A DNA stretch of 64,000 nt from Chlamydiales bacterium (GCA_031292375.1 JARLHF010000001.1:10960-74959), one strand, 5' to 3'; positions 8,781 to 19,027 are shown, numbered from the stretch's first letter. A program made the numbers and translations. Notes: a model not told the origin generated them from the letters alone.

Positions 8781-9650
8781 ATGAAAAAGAAACTTTTGCT
8801 AGGCTTGTTTGCAGTGATCATCGCAGTGATCGGTATTGTCATTGTATTGGCAAGTGAAAATGCTTTGGTAGTTCATCCTAAAGGGATAATTGCGAAAAGC
8901 CAACTAGAACTGATTATTACGAATATCATTCTCATGCTAATTATCATCGTTCCAACCTACCTCCTTTTATTTACAGTTGTATATAAATACTGCATCAAAA
9001 AAAAACATGCAAAATATAATCCAGATCACTCTTTTGGCCTTATTGGAGAGCTATTAATGTGGGGAGTTCCTTCCATTATAGTTGCTGTGATGGCTGTTGT
9101 GACATGGGATGCCACACATAAACTGAATCCCTATAAACCTATCGAGAGCGATATTAAACCACTTGCTGTGCAAGTCGTTGCTATGGATTGGAAATGGCTA
9201 TTTATTTATCCAGAGCAAGGTATTGCGGTATTAAATGATTTTCATATTCCAGAGAGAACTCCAATTCACTTGAAATTGGCAGCAGATGGTACACCGATGA
9301 ATTCATTTTGGATTCCGCAATTAAGTGGGCAAATATATTCTATGACGGGGATGACAACCCAGTTATACCTGATGGCGGATGGTCCGGGTGAATATAGAGG
9401 CAGAGCTGTTGAGATCAATGGGGAGGGCTATGCGGATATGACATTTCCCGTAACATCATCCTCTCAAGATGATTTTAATGCTTGGGTTACACAGGTAAAA
9501 AAATCATCTCTTTATTTAACCGAACAGACTTATAAAGAACTCGTCAAGCCTTCTGTGAATAAGGCCACCACTCCCTTTTCAGAAGTAGAAAAGGATCTAT
9601 TTGATAAAATAATTCAAAAATATATGTATCCAACCAAACCGGTATTATGA
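8781..9650 (+). CDS. cyoA: Cytochrome bo3-type quinol oxidase subunit II
   Basis: Collinear with CyoA (FWIPQLSGQIYSMTGMTTQLYL). It lacks the CuA Cys/His ligands, so it is a quinol rather than cytochrome c oxidase. N-terminal TM helices. The track start at 8769 is TTG. Confidence 0.85.
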   Translation: MKKKLLLGLFAVIIAVIGIVIVLASENALVVHPKGIIAKSQLELIITNIILMLIIIVPTYLLLFTVVYKYCIKKKHAKYNPDHSFGLIGELLMWGVPSIIVAVMAVVTWDATHKLNPYKPIESDIKPLAVQVVAMDWKWLFIYPEQGIAVLNDFHIPERTPIHLKLAADGTPMNSFWIPQLSGQIYSMTGMTTQLYLMADGPGEYRGRAVEINGEGYADMTFPVTSSSQDDFNAWVTQVKKSSLYLTEQTYKELVKPSVNKATTPFSEVEKDLFDKIIQKYMYPTKPVL

Positions 9651-11614
9651 AAGAATTCTTGCTTGGAAAATTGACTTTAGACGCAATTCCTCATGCCTGG
9701 AATACGATAGGAGGAACTTTTTTTATTATCATGCTAAGCATTGCAATTGCAGTGTACCTCACTAAAACCAAGCGTTGGAACTTTCTTTGGCATGAATGGC
9801 TCACATCTACCGATCCCAAAAAAATTGGGACCATGTACATGATCTTTTCATCTATAATGTTCTTTCGCGGGATGCTAGATGCAGGCATGGTATGGCTTCA
9901 GCAAGCCATTGCAGCAGATTCACAAGGATATCTTACTGCAGACCACTTCCAACAAATTTTTACATCGCATGGCGACATCATGGTTTTTTTCGTAACGATG
10001 GGCTTCTTTTTTGGACTCATGAACTGGATTATACCCCTTCAAATTGGTGCTCGTGACCTTGCTTTCCCGTTTGTGAATTCTTTAGGGTTCTGGCTCACTG
10101 TTGCTGGAGGACTACTTATTAACTTATTTTTTATCGTCGGAGGAGATTTTGCCAACACAGGCTGGCTTGCCATTGCCCCTTTCTCTGAGCTCGAATTTAA
10201 CCCAAGTGTTGGTGTTGATTACCTTATATGGAGTCTACAACTCTCTGGACTTGGTAGTCTACTTGCTGGAATTAATTTTCTCGTTACAATCATAAAAAAA
10301 CGAGCTCCAGGAATGACCTTAATGAAAATGCCTCTATTCACCTGGAATTCCTTGTGCGCAATGGTTCTTATTATTTCAGCCTTTCCAGTACTTACAGCAA
10401 CGACATTGCTTCTTTGGCTTGATCGTGCTTATGGAATGCATTTCTTTACAACAGGGTATTCTGGAAATCAAATGATGTATTGGAACCTCATTTGGATGTG
10501 GGGTCATCCAGAAGTTTATATTTTGGTTATACCTGCATTTGGCATGTTCTCGGAAATTGTCTCCACATTTTCTCAAAAAAAAGCTTCTGGATACGTTTCC
10601 ATGGTATTTGCAGCAATTACAATCACTGGCTTATCCTATCTAGTCTGGCTTCACCACTTTTTTGTTATGGGTGCAGGCCCGGATGTAAACTCTTTTTTTG
10701 GCATGGTAACAATGCTCATAGCAATACCTGCAGGCGTGCAAGTATTTAATTGGATACTTACTATGTATAAAGGAAAAATAAACTTAGCCTCTCCCATGTA
10801 TTGGTTCATCGGTTTTTTAATCTTATTCATGTTAGGAGGCATGGGAGGACTGTTTATGGCATCACCTCCTGCCGATTTTCAAGTGCACAACAGTTTATTC
10901 CTAGTTGCCCATTTCCATACAATGATTGTCGGAGTAGCTCTTTTTGGAATTTTTGCTGGCATCACTTTTTGGTTTCCTAAAATTTTTGGATTTAAACTTG
11001 ATGAACGACTAGACAAACAAGCTTTTTGGTGTTGGTTCATAGGATTTTTTGTAGCCTTTATCCCTCTCTATCTATTGGGGTTCATGGGAGCGCCAAGGCG
11101 TATTGATCACTATGACTCCTCAACTGGATGGCAGCCCTTATATATCACTGCAGCAATTGGGTTTGTCATCATTTCATGCGGAATTGCCACTCAAGTTTAT
11201 CTGTTTATCAAAAGCATTAGGCAAAGAAAACAACACAGGGATACTACAGGAGATCCTTGGAATGGCAGAACGCTTGAATGGGCAACTCATTCCCCACCTC
11301 CATTTTATAATTTTGCAGTAATCCCTTCTATTACAAGTCATGAGGCCTTTTGGGAGATGAAAAAACAGGGCCTGAAGCCAGAAAAAAACTATCACGATAT
11401 CGAGTGTTTTAAAAACACAGGTATGGGGATCTATATATCCTGTTTTGCTTTCTTAGTAGGATTTGCAATTGTCTGGCATATTATTTGGCTCATCGTTGTA
11501 GGTCTCCTTGGAGTCATTGCTTGCATCATCATTCTTTCTTTTAATGATGAAATGGAATATGTACTACCCGCTGCAGAAGTTGCCAAAATTGAACAATCTT
11601 ACCTCAAGAAGTGA
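9647..11614 (+). CDS. cyoB: Quinol oxidase subunit I (heme-copper oxidase)
   Basis: WGHPEVYILVIPAFGMFSE, HFHTMIVG and other HCO subunit I signatures. 655 aa. Confidence 0.95.
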   Translation: MKEFLLGKLTLDAIPHAWNTIGGTFFIIMLSIAIAVYLTKTKRWNFLWHEWLTSTDPKKIGTMYMIFSSIMFFRGMLDAGMVWLQQAIAADSQGYLTADHFQQIFTSHGDIMVFFVTMGFFFGLMNWIIPLQIGARDLAFPFVNSLGFWLTVAGGLLINLFFIVGGDFANTGWLAIAPFSELEFNPSVGVDYLIWSLQLSGLGSLLAGINFLVTIIKKRAPGMTLMKMPLFTWNSLCAMVLIISAFPVLTATTLLLWLDRAYGMHFFTTGYSGNQMMYWNLIWMWGHPEVYILVIPAFGMFSEIVSTFSQKKASGYVSMVFAAITITGLSYLVWLHHFFVMGAGPDVNSFFGMVTMLIAIPAGVQVFNWILTMYKGKINLASPMYWFIGFLILFMLGGMGGLFMASPPADFQVHNSLFLVAHFHTMIVGVALFGIFAGITFWFPKIFGFKLDERLDKQAFWCWFIGFFVAFIPLYLLGFMGAPRRIDHYDSSTGWQPLYITAAIGFVIISCGIATQVYLFIKSIRQRKQHRDTTGDPWNGRTLEWATHSPPPFYNFAVIPSITSHEAFWEMKKQGLKPEKNYHDIECFKNTGMGIYISCFAFLVGFAIVWHIIWLIVVGLLGVIACIIILSFNDEMEYVLPAAEVAKIEQSYLKK

Positions 11615-12204
11615 GCGATATAATGGAAGTAAGCAAAATAAGTGATGTAAGCGAAACAAAAGTATTTGGGTTTTGGGTCTATTTAATGACCGATCTTGTC
11701 ATTTTTGCTGTACTTTTTGCCTGTTTCATTGTTTTGCATAACAATACTTTTGGAGGCCCCAGCGCAAAAGAGCTATTTCATCTACCATCTATGCTAGCAG
11801 AAACACTCATCTTGCTTACTAGCAGCTTTACCTGTTCTCTGGCAATGCTTGCAGTTCGCAGAGGATTAAAAAACTTAAGCATCATCTGGTTCATCATCAC
11901 GTTTCTTTTGGGAGTGTCCTTTCTCTGCATCGAAATTTCAGAATTTACAGATTTTGTAGAAAGAGGAGCCAGTTGGCAGCGCAGCGCCTTTCTCTCCTCA
12001 TTTTTTACATTAGTAGGCACACATGGATTCCATATCTCTGTAGGACTATTGTGGATGCTTGTAATGCTATTTCGCATCGCTTTTCGCCCCCTCTCAAAGC
12101 ATAGTGTCTCCAGGATTTTTCGCATGGCCCTTTTTTGGCACTTCCTCGACTTTGTTTGGATCTTTATTTTTACCGTTGTATATGGAATGGGATATTTGTT
12201 ATGA
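11611..12204 (+). CDS. cyoC: Quinol oxidase subunit III
   Basis: KVFGFWVYLMTDLVIFAVLFA matches the CyoC N-terminus. Five TM segments. The GTG at 11611 overlaps the cyoB stop; the alternative ATG is at 11623. Confidence 0.9.
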   Translation: MSDIMEVSKISDVSETKVFGFWVYLMTDLVIFAVLFACFIVLHNNTFGGPSAKELFHLPSMLAETLILLTSSFTCSLAMLAVRRGLKNLSIIWFIITFLLGVSFLCIEISEFTDFVERGASWQRSAFLSSFFTLVGTHGFHISVGLLWMLVMLFRIAFRPLSKHSVSRIFRMALFWHFLDFVWIFIFTVVYGMGYLL

Positions 12205-12503
12205 ATCATGAACTATCATTACGCATCACAGGCTTTATTACAGCTCTCCTATTAACTCTTGCAGCCTACTTTATTATTTTACATCCAGAGCTTTTTAACT
12301 TTAACGTTAAAATAGCTATCATCGTCATTTTTACTCTTGCTCTCATTCAGTCTCTTGTTCAGCTCATCTTTTTTATCAATGTATGGAAAGAAAAAGGCCC
12401 TCTTTGGAACTTAGGTATTTTTATTTCTACCGTTTTCATCATCTTTATTATCATCTTCTTTTCTATCTGGATCATCGACCACCTCAATTACAATATGCGA
12501 TGA
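12201..12503 (+). CDS. cyoD: Quinol oxidase subunit IV
   Basis: 100-aa, 3-TM protein. Its ATG overlaps the cyoC stop (ATGA). The track ORF 12135.. extends spuriously upstream inside cyoC. Confidence 0.8.
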   Translation: MNHELSLRITGFITALLLTLAAYFIILHPELFNFNVKIAIIVIFTLALIQSLVQLIFFINVWKEKGPLWNLGIFISTVFIIFIIIFFSIWIIDHLNYNMR

Positions 12504-13040
12504 AGTAGTTCTGCATAATATTGTAATGATTTTTTAAATTTTTTCCAGCAACTCCCGCAGCGGAAATTGCTCCTAATTTCTAGTGCATTAACAATTTCTC
12601 AACTGCTTGAGACGTAATTGTTTGATTAAATCTGTCGCCACGTTGTGGCTCCAATAGTTTAGAGAGCATTTGTCCATGGGTTCAATTCGCTTGCGCTCAT
12701 TTTCACCCATGGCTAACAACATGTAACCACTTCGTGGCTAAGATACTGCTTCGCAGTTGAAAAATCGTATAAAACTTAGGGTCTTCTCCAAAACAGGTTA
12801 ATTTTGCCCACTCCACAAATTCATACGAACAGAATTTCCTGACAGAAGATTAAAACTTAAACGAGAGAGTCGCCTGTTAAGGATGTCTTTCAATGCTCGT
12901 TCTGCCGTTCGGATGCTGAAACTTGGACTTTACAAGAATTGTTCGCTATAGCCGACCCAGATTCCAAAAAACTGTGGCAATCTCTGGCTTTTTTTTCTTT
13001 GAATCAAGTATACTCTTTCCTTTAGCTACTAGGAGAGACA

Positions 13041-13574
13041 ATGATTCTCAAAAAAGAATTTTATTTTATTCGGCATGGACAGACCGACTACAATACCTCA
13101 AGTCAAAAAGTTGATCATGATGATGTGTCATTAAATTCTGTAGGTTTTCAACAAGCTAAAGCTGTAGAGCCAATCATGGCAAACCTTTCTATTAAGTCGG
13201 TGTGTTTTAGCCCTCTAAAAAGAGCGAAAGAGACAAAAGAAGCAATTGCTGCACGTTTGCAAGCAGCTTACTATGAAATTGCAGAACTTAGAGAATGCTC
13301 GACACAGATTTGGAACGATATGACAAGCTGTGGAGCTTACGCCTATCACGACTCGCGCGACCATGTAAGGAATTTTATGCAAAGGACTCTCAGTGGAATC
13401 AATCAAGCCCTTTCTTATGAAGGACCTGCTTTAATCATAGCGCATGGCGGCATTCATTGGGCTATGTGTTGTTTAATGAGCATAACTGGCCATGAATGGG
13501 CTATAGACAACTGTCTTCCTGTTCATTTCTCCTTGACATCTGAGGGTAACTGGAAAGCGAGAAAGCTTGCATGA
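13041..13574 (+). CDS. Histidine phosphatase superfamily protein (phosphoglycerate mutase / CobC-like)
   Basis: FYFIRHGQTDYN (RHG catalytic motif), SPLKRAKET, IIAHGG. AGGAGAG RBS upstream. Confidence 0.8.
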   Translation: MILKKEFYFIRHGQTDYNTSSQKVDHDDVSLNSVGFQQAKAVEPIMANLSIKSVCFSPLKRAKETKEAIAARLQAAYYEIAELRECSTQIWNDMTSCGAYAYHDSRDHVRNFMQRTLSGINQALSYEGPALIIAHGGIHWAMCCLMSITGHEWAIDNCLPVHFSLTSEGNWKARKLA

Positions 13575-13891
13575 AAAAATTTTATTTAACAGCATTAATA
13601 TTGCTGCAACAATTTAACAAGAGAATTCTCGAAAATCAAAAGCATGGAAGATCTTCGCGTTAATGATTTAAAGCAATTAGGCTTGTAAAAAAATCTCTTT
13701 TAATTTTAGATTACTGGATCTTCATTAACTTGGATACATTATGCGTTCACTTTCTTGCTGTTACGCTTTTTAACAATTAAAGACGAATACTTAATGTCAT
13801 TTCAATGAAAAAAGTACTTGGTAAAGGCAATCGAGAAATGAATACTAACTTCAACAATGTGCTTTACTGGACTCTTGATCTCAATGCAAAG

Positions 13892-15208
13892 ATGCTCTTT
13901 AAATGCCTTTTAAGAACTTTTTCTATCCTTTTTCCATCTACTTGTTTGATCTGCTCTCAGCAAGTAGAACACAGGCCTATTCATTATATTGATAAAGGAG
14001 TGGGCGTATCTAGTAACCCAAGCCCCACTGATCACATTGGAACGGGGTATTTTGGAGAGAAGTTATTTGAAACATTTGGCTGGAGGGCAAAAGATGATGG
14101 CCTTACCTTAGAAAGTTTATGGATCTTAGATGGAAATCAACTTCTTTCAGGTGGCAAACCCTCTCAAGACAAAGGATCTGTAAATAACTTAGTTCAATTC
14201 GAATTGCTTTTCAATCCAGACAAAGTAAGTAATTGGAAAGGTGCACTATTTGCAATAGAACTTTTGCAGCTCAACGGCTCTCAAACAAATGCCAACGCAG
14301 GCCTTGTACAAGGCTTCGAAGGACTTATACAAGCAAGTCCTCTCAACCGGACAAGTCTGTACGAATGGTGGTACCGTCAAGAGCTTTTAGATGGTAACTT
14401 AATTACAAGAATTGGAAAGTCTACTCCTAACTCAGATTTTAACTGTGTTAATCGTTTATTTCCCATGAATGACAAAAGAGTCTCTCCAGTTGCCAGTGGG
14501 ATTATTGCAGGCACGATTTTCACTCAAGGCTCTCTTTCTTCTTTTTTACCTAGTTATTATAATTCGGCCTTTGGAGCTAGCGTTTTTTATTTCCCCATAA
14601 AGGACTTTTACCTCTCTGTCGGAGGATATGATGGCAACAAAGCTCATGGGGAACAAACAGATTTAAAAGCTCCTCAATTCAATGGCTACTACCTTCTTAT
14701 TAGCGAGTCGGGATATTCATGGTCTGATGCAGAATTACCAGGAAGAGTAGCTGTTGGTGTATGGAGGCAGACAGGTAAACTTACCCTCGATACAAAAGTC
14801 AAGTCCATTACACAACAAGGAGCTTATGGAAGCTATTTTTATGGATCCCAGCGCCTATGGTGGAAAGACAAAATGCATGCCAATAGTGGTATTGTTACCT
14901 ACTTACAGCTTGGTATCAATAACACTAAAACGCTTCCTATCAATAAGTTTTTAGGCTGGGGGCTCTCTGCTTATGGCCTTGTTCCTGGAAGACTTAAAGA
15001 CTCTTTTGGCTTGGGTCTTAGCCTTGCAGGTCTCAATAAAAATAGTGAACCTTATTCTAGTGAATGGATGTTTCAAACTTACTATCAATGCTGTGTATAT
15101 GGTTCCTTCTATCTTGAGCCTGTAATTAGCTACATTCCTAGACCAGGAGCTGCAGAGAACCTTCCTCAAACTTGGGCAGCCACCCTAAGAGTATTAGCTC
15201 TTTTTTAA
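13892..15208 (+). CDS. Outer-membrane beta-barrel porin, OprB (carbohydrate-selective porin)-like
   Basis: Signal-peptide-like MLFKCLLRTFSILFPSTCLICS from the Met at 13892 (track start 13805). LYEWWYRQELLDGNLITRIGK resembles the OprB family. Alternating beta-strand pattern and a C-terminal ...LALF. Confidence 0.55.
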   Translation: MLFKCLLRTFSILFPSTCLICSQQVEHRPIHYIDKGVGVSSNPSPTDHIGTGYFGEKLFETFGWRAKDDGLTLESLWILDGNQLLSGGKPSQDKGSVNNLVQFELLFNPDKVSNWKGALFAIELLQLNGSQTNANAGLVQGFEGLIQASPLNRTSLYEWWYRQELLDGNLITRIGKSTPNSDFNCVNRLFPMNDKRVSPVASGIIAGTIFTQGSLSSFLPSYYNSAFGASVFYFPIKDFYLSVGGYDGNKAHGEQTDLKAPQFNGYYLLISESGYSWSDAELPGRVAVGVWRQTGKLTLDTKVKSITQQGAYGSYFYGSQRLWWKDKMHANSGIVTYLQLGINNTKTLPINKFLGWGLSAYGLVPGRLKDSFGLGLSLAGLNKNSEPYSSEWMFQTYYQCCVYGSFYLEPVISYIPRPGAAENLPQTWAATLRVLALF

Positions 15209-15259
15209 AAATTATGAGCCATTGCCTATTTACAACAAATTAGGTACAATCGAGCCACT

Positions 15260-16933
15260 ATGAAAAAACCACTTCCTATTGGAATTAGCGACTTCAAAAA
15301 AATAATTGACGGAGGCTATGCTTATGTCGATAAAACTCTTTTGATCCAAGAGATCATAGAAAGAGGAACTCACGTTGCTCTCATTCCTCGTCCACGCCGC
15401 TTTGGCAAGACACTCAATCTTTCAATGTTACGTTATTTCTTTGAAAAGACAGCAGAAGACACGAGCTATCTATTTAAAAATTTAAATATTTGGAATAACG
15501 AAAAGTATAAAAGCCTGCAAGGACAATTCCCTGTTGTTTCGATCTCTCTCAAAGATGTAAAGCACATCTCTTGGGAAGAGAGCTTTAAAGTATTGCACAC
15601 ACTCATTGCCAAGGAAATGGAGAGGCATCATTATATCTTAGAAGTCCTAACAATAAGGGAGAAAGAACTTTATCATAAAATTCTCTCAGAAGAGAACAAC
15701 AAACCTTTAATTGAACAAAGCCTACTTCTAATCACAGAATGGCTGCATCGCTACCATGCCAAGCAAGTTATTCTCTTGATCGATGAGTATGATACTCCAG
15801 CCCATGCAGCTTACATTGGAAACTATTACAATACCTTTATCGACTTTATCCGCAACTGGCTTTCAGCAGGCTTAAAAGATAATGTGCATTTAGAGCGAGG
15901 TATTCTTACTGGTATTCTACGCATTGCAAAAGAGAGCATTTTTTCAGGATTAAATAACATTAGTACCTTTACAATATTAAATGAACCATTTAGTGATAAA
16001 TTCGGATTGTTAGAATCAGAGGTAAAAGAACTTTTAAAAAATCATGCCCTTTCTGATAAACTTCCTGAAATTAGTCAATGGTACAATGGTTACCGTATGG
16101 GATCTTGTACAGGAATTCATAATCCTTGGTCTGTTTTACAATGCATTGCTGAAAATGGTGCTTTATCTCCTTACTGGGTAAATACAAGTGATAATGCGCT
16201 TATGAAACATCTCATTGCTAAAGGAACTGATGATCTAAAAGCAGATATCGAGGAGCTTCTTAGAGGCGGTATTGTAGAAAAAACGATCGAAGATGGCGTT
16301 ATATTTCCAGGCCTCGAGCAAGACCCAAGTAGCATATGGTCTTTACTTCTATACAGCGGCTATTTAACAATTGACACAACCCCCTCTTATGGTGTTCCAT
16401 GCCAATTAAAGATTCCTAATATCGAAGTATCTGAACTCTATAAAACAATGATCTTAGATTGGTTTAAAACCAGCATTCATGAACATAAATATCGTATGCT
16501 CCTAAATAGCCTTGTCAGCGGTGATATTGACACTTTTTCTCAACTTTTTAAAGAATTTATGATCTCATCCGCAAGTGTTTTTGACGTATCCGCTGAAGAA
16601 TCTGAAAAAATTTATCATGCATTTATTTTGGGTATGTTAGTTGGGCTCAAAGATCAATATGAAGTTAAATCAAATCGTGAAAGTGGCCTTGGTAGGTATG
16701 ACGTCATGCTCATCCCTAAAAATACAAATGATTTAGGAATTATCATGGAATTCAAGAAGGTTGGTCGTTTTGAAGAAATTGACTTAGAAAAAGCTGTTCT
16801 TGCTGCCTTAAAACAAATAGAAGACAAACAGTACGCTCAAGAACTTCTTGATCGCGGTGTAAGCCGTATTTTGTATCTTGGGTTTGCCTTTGAAGGCAAA
16901 CGCGTTCTCATCCGTTCAAAAATTAAAACTTAA
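15260..16933 (+). CDS. Predicted AAA-ATPase-like / PD-(D/E)XK nuclease family protein (AAA-ATPase_like + DUF1703 architecture)
   Basis: N-terminus LPIGISDFKKIIDGGYAYVDKTLLIQEII...RPRRFGKTLNLSML is the signature of this family. The C-terminus GRYDVMLIP...IMEFK fits a PD-(D/E)XK core. Confidence 0.7.
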   Translation: MKKPLPIGISDFKKIIDGGYAYVDKTLLIQEIIERGTHVALIPRPRRFGKTLNLSMLRYFFEKTAEDTSYLFKNLNIWNNEKYKSLQGQFPVVSISLKDVKHISWEESFKVLHTLIAKEMERHHYILEVLTIREKELYHKILSEENNKPLIEQSLLLITEWLHRYHAKQVILLIDEYDTPAHAAYIGNYYNTFIDFIRNWLSAGLKDNVHLERGILTGILRIAKESIFSGLNNISTFTILNEPFSDKFGLLESEVKELLKNHALSDKLPEISQWYNGYRMGSCTGIHNPWSVLQCIAENGALSPYWVNTSDNALMKHLIAKGTDDLKADIEELLRGGIVEKTIEDGVIFPGLEQDPSSIWSLLLYSGYLTIDTTPSYGVPCQLKIPNIEVSELYKTMILDWFKTSIHEHKYRMLLNSLVSGDIDTFSQLFKEFMISSASVFDVSAEESEKIYHAFILGMLVGLKDQYEVKSNRESGLGRYDVMLIPKNTNDLGIIMEFKKVGRFEEIDLEKAVLAALKQIEDKQYAQELLDRGVSRILYLGFAFEGKRVLIRSKIKT

Positions 16934-17594
16934 TCAAATGATGAGCTTCTAAAAAAGTGCTCTTGTTATAAGCATCATTCCAAAAATGCCATTCTAATAA
17001 AGAGCTATACATAAAGGCATTTTTCATGCTCTCTAATGTATTTACAGAGCACTTACTTGCTGTTTTATCTAGTATGGATATGGCCAAATCAGTTCCTCTT
17101 GAAAATTCCTGACTAGAATAAGTCTCTATCCAAAGCATGTAAGGGTTTTCTTCTTTAGCATATGCAGCTATATGCCTTCCTACTTCCCTATAAATCCAAA
17201 AACAGGGTAGCACTGCTGCAATAGCCTCTTCCAATGAAGCAGTTGACGCCGTTGAAATAAGGTAGTGAGTATAAGACATACAAAACACAGAAGGCTCAAT
17301 CGTATCGCAAGTATAATTTGGAGCCAAAAATTTGGCATGTAGTTCACGCTCTGCAACGAGAGCTCCCAGTGCAAAATTCAAAAACTGATGAATCATTTCT
17401 GAAGAGCTTGCCCTACCTGCAATGAGCGCAAGCGCCCTAGAAAAGCTCTTTAAATAGTAAGCATCTTGCTCCATATAAAAAAGGAATCTCGATCTCTCTA
17501 ATGTTCCCTCAGCAAGTTCCCTATTAAAGGGATGATTTATAATTCTTTGATAAATGGGAAAAGTTTGCTGCCAAAGATCACTAGAAAACGTCAT
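16923..17594 (-). CDS. tenA: Thiaminase II / aminopyrimidine aminohydrolase (TenA family)
   Basis: LWQQTFPIYQRIINHPFNRELAEGTLERSRFLFYMEQDAYYL is a typical TenA N-terminus. The Met at 17594 sits 1 nt beyond the thiD stop; the track start at 17627 lies inside thiD. Confidence 0.85.
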   Translation of the reverse strand: MTFSSDLWQQTFPIYQRIINHPFNRELAEGTLERSRFLFYMEQDAYYLKSFSRALALIAGRASSSEMIHQFLNFALGALVAERELHAKFLAPNYTCDTIEPSVFCMSYTHYLISTASTASLEEAIAAVLPCFWIYREVGRHIAAYAKEENPYMLWIETYSSQEFSRGTDLAISILDKTASKCSVNTLESMKNAFMYSSLLEWHFWNDAYNKSTFLEAHHLIKF

Positions 17595-17595
17595 A

Positions 17596-18396
17596 TTAAA
17601 AGCTCCAAAAATGATGAACAGGACCATTTCCCTGACCTATTCTCAAGGATGCACCTGCACTAATTGCTTGTGTAAGATATTCTTTAGCCCTCTGAACGGA
17701 CTCATGAATAGAAAAACCTTTTGCTAGAAATGCAGCTATCGCAGCTGAAAGCGTACACCCTGTCCCATGTGTATTTTGTGTCGAGATTCTTTTACTTGAA
17801 AACCAATGAATCTGCTTATTTGAATTTTTCAAACATAAACAATCTGAGCAATCAGCGTCTAAATGCCCTCCCTTTACAAGCACTGCCAAAGGACCCATCT
17901 CAATCAAATCCAAAGCTGCTTTTTCCATTTGGGCTTTATTTTGAATCTTTCTTCCTAAAAGCCTTGAAGCTTCCATCAAATTGGGGGTCAACACCGTTGT
18001 AATCGGGAAAAGGCGCTCTTTCATAGTAGCAATGGCATCTGGTTGTAAAAGCACATCACCACTTTTTGCAACCATAACTGGATCAAGAACAATGCAATTC
18101 ACACCATACTGACACAAAATATTCACAACACTATCAACAATGTCCTTGCGATACAACATTCCTATTTTTACAGTATCTATACAAATATCATCTAAAATGG
18201 CTTTAATTTGTTCTTCTATACACTGAAGCGATACATCATAAACTGATCTAACTCCAATAGTATTTTGAACTGGAATAGCTGTCAAAACAGTTGTTCCATA
18301 ACATCCCAAAGCTGAAAATGTTTTAAGATCTGCTTGAATACCAGCACCCGCACTTCCATCAAAACCTGCAATTGTAAGTACTTTATAAAGCCCCAT
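17596..18396 (-). CDS. thiD: Hydroxymethylpyrimidine / phosphomethylpyrimidine kinase
   Basis: VLTIAGFDGSAGAGIQADLKTFSALG..., GTGCTLSAAIAA. Ribokinase-fold ThiD pattern. Confidence 0.9.
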   Translation of the reverse strand: MGLYKVLTIAGFDGSAGAGIQADLKTFSALGCYGTTVLTAIPVQNTIGVRSVYDVSLQCIEEQIKAILDDICIDTVKIGMLYRKDIVDSVVNILCQYGVNCIVLDPVMVAKSGDVLLQPDAIATMKERLFPITTVLTPNLMEASRLLGRKIQNKAQMEKAALDLIEMGPLAVLVKGGHLDADCSDCLCLKNSNKQIHWFSSKRISTQNTHGTGCTLSAAIAAFLAKGFSIHESVQRAKEYLTQAISAGASLRIGQGNGPVHHFWSF

Positions 18397-19027
18397 ACGC
18401 CTCCATTTTTTTCCCCATCATAGTAGCTGCATTTACAGGGCAATTTGCATCAAAAATTGCAGAAACTACAGCTACTCCTGCAACACCACATTCCAAAACT
18501 TCATCTACATTTGTCTTGTTTATACCACCAATTGCAATCATTGGATGGAAAGAAATAGAACATGCATATCTCAAATCGTCTAGTCTCCAATAAGTACTAC
18601 AATCACTTTTTGTCTTTGTAAAAAACACAGGACTTGCAGCAAGATAATTCACATCCTCATTTTGAGCTTCTATGACATGAGTTATATTCTCTACAGATAA
18701 TCCAATAATTGCTCGTTTACCAAGAATTTTTCTTGCTTCAGACACCTTTACATCAGACTGACCTAAATGAACTCCATCTGCATCTACCACATGAGCCACA
18801 TCTACATTGTCATTAATGATTAATGGAACACTCATTGGCTTTAAAATAAGTTGTAGTTTTTTTGCAAGAGCCACAAATTCATGAGCTGAAATCCCCTTTT
18901 CTCTCAATTGAACGATTTTTACACCACCCTTAATAGCTTTATGGATAATTCTAAAAAAATCTTCCAACTCAAGACCTACTCGATTGGTAACTAAATAAAG
19001 TGATAAATCCAATGGATATCTATTCAT
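18383..19027 (-). CDS. thiE: Thiamine-phosphate synthase
   Basis: LYLVTN, VQLREK, DGVHLGQ, IAIGGI motifs. Overlaps thiD and thiM. Confidence 0.9.
   Translation of the reverse strand: MNRYPLDLSLYLVTNRVGLELEDFFRIIHKAIKGGVKIVQLREKGISAHEFVALAKKLQLILKPMSVPLIINDNVDVAHVVDADGVHLGQSDVKVSEARKILGKRAIIGLSVENITHVIEAQNEDVNYLAASPVFFTKTKSDCSTYWRLDDLRYACSISFHPMIAIGGINKTNVDEVLECGVAGVAVVSAIFDANCPVNAATMMGKKMEAYGAL

Noticed and set aside
12135-12200. Upstream extension of cyoD in the track (start 12135)
   Set aside because: The extension lies inside cyoC in another frame. The ATG at 12201 overlaps the cyoC stop (ATGA) and yields a normal ~100-aa subunit IV.
12638-12713. tRNA-like features (GCTCCAATAGTTTAGAGAGC resembling a D-arm, GGGTTCAATTC resembling a T-loop)
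   Set aside because: No acceptor stem, anticodon arm or T-stem pairing can be built around them.
12880-13040. Cobalamin riboswitch upstream of the CobC-like histidine phosphatase
   Set aside because: No B12-box (GCCACTG / AGYCMGG-type) consensus could be found. ACTGTGGC only matches in the wrong orientation and with a mismatch.
12923-13114. Track ORF 12923..13114 (+)
   Set aside because: It overlaps the start of the histidine phosphatase gene out of frame, and its upstream part is the hairpin-rich non-coding region. It has no RBS.
13575-13804. Small ORF MEDLRVNDLKQLGL and the hairpin CAGCA-TTAATAT-TGCTG after the phosphatase gene
   Set aside because: The ORF is too short and has no RBS. 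The hairpin is weak (5 bp, AT-rich loop) with no U-tract. It is not reported as a feature.
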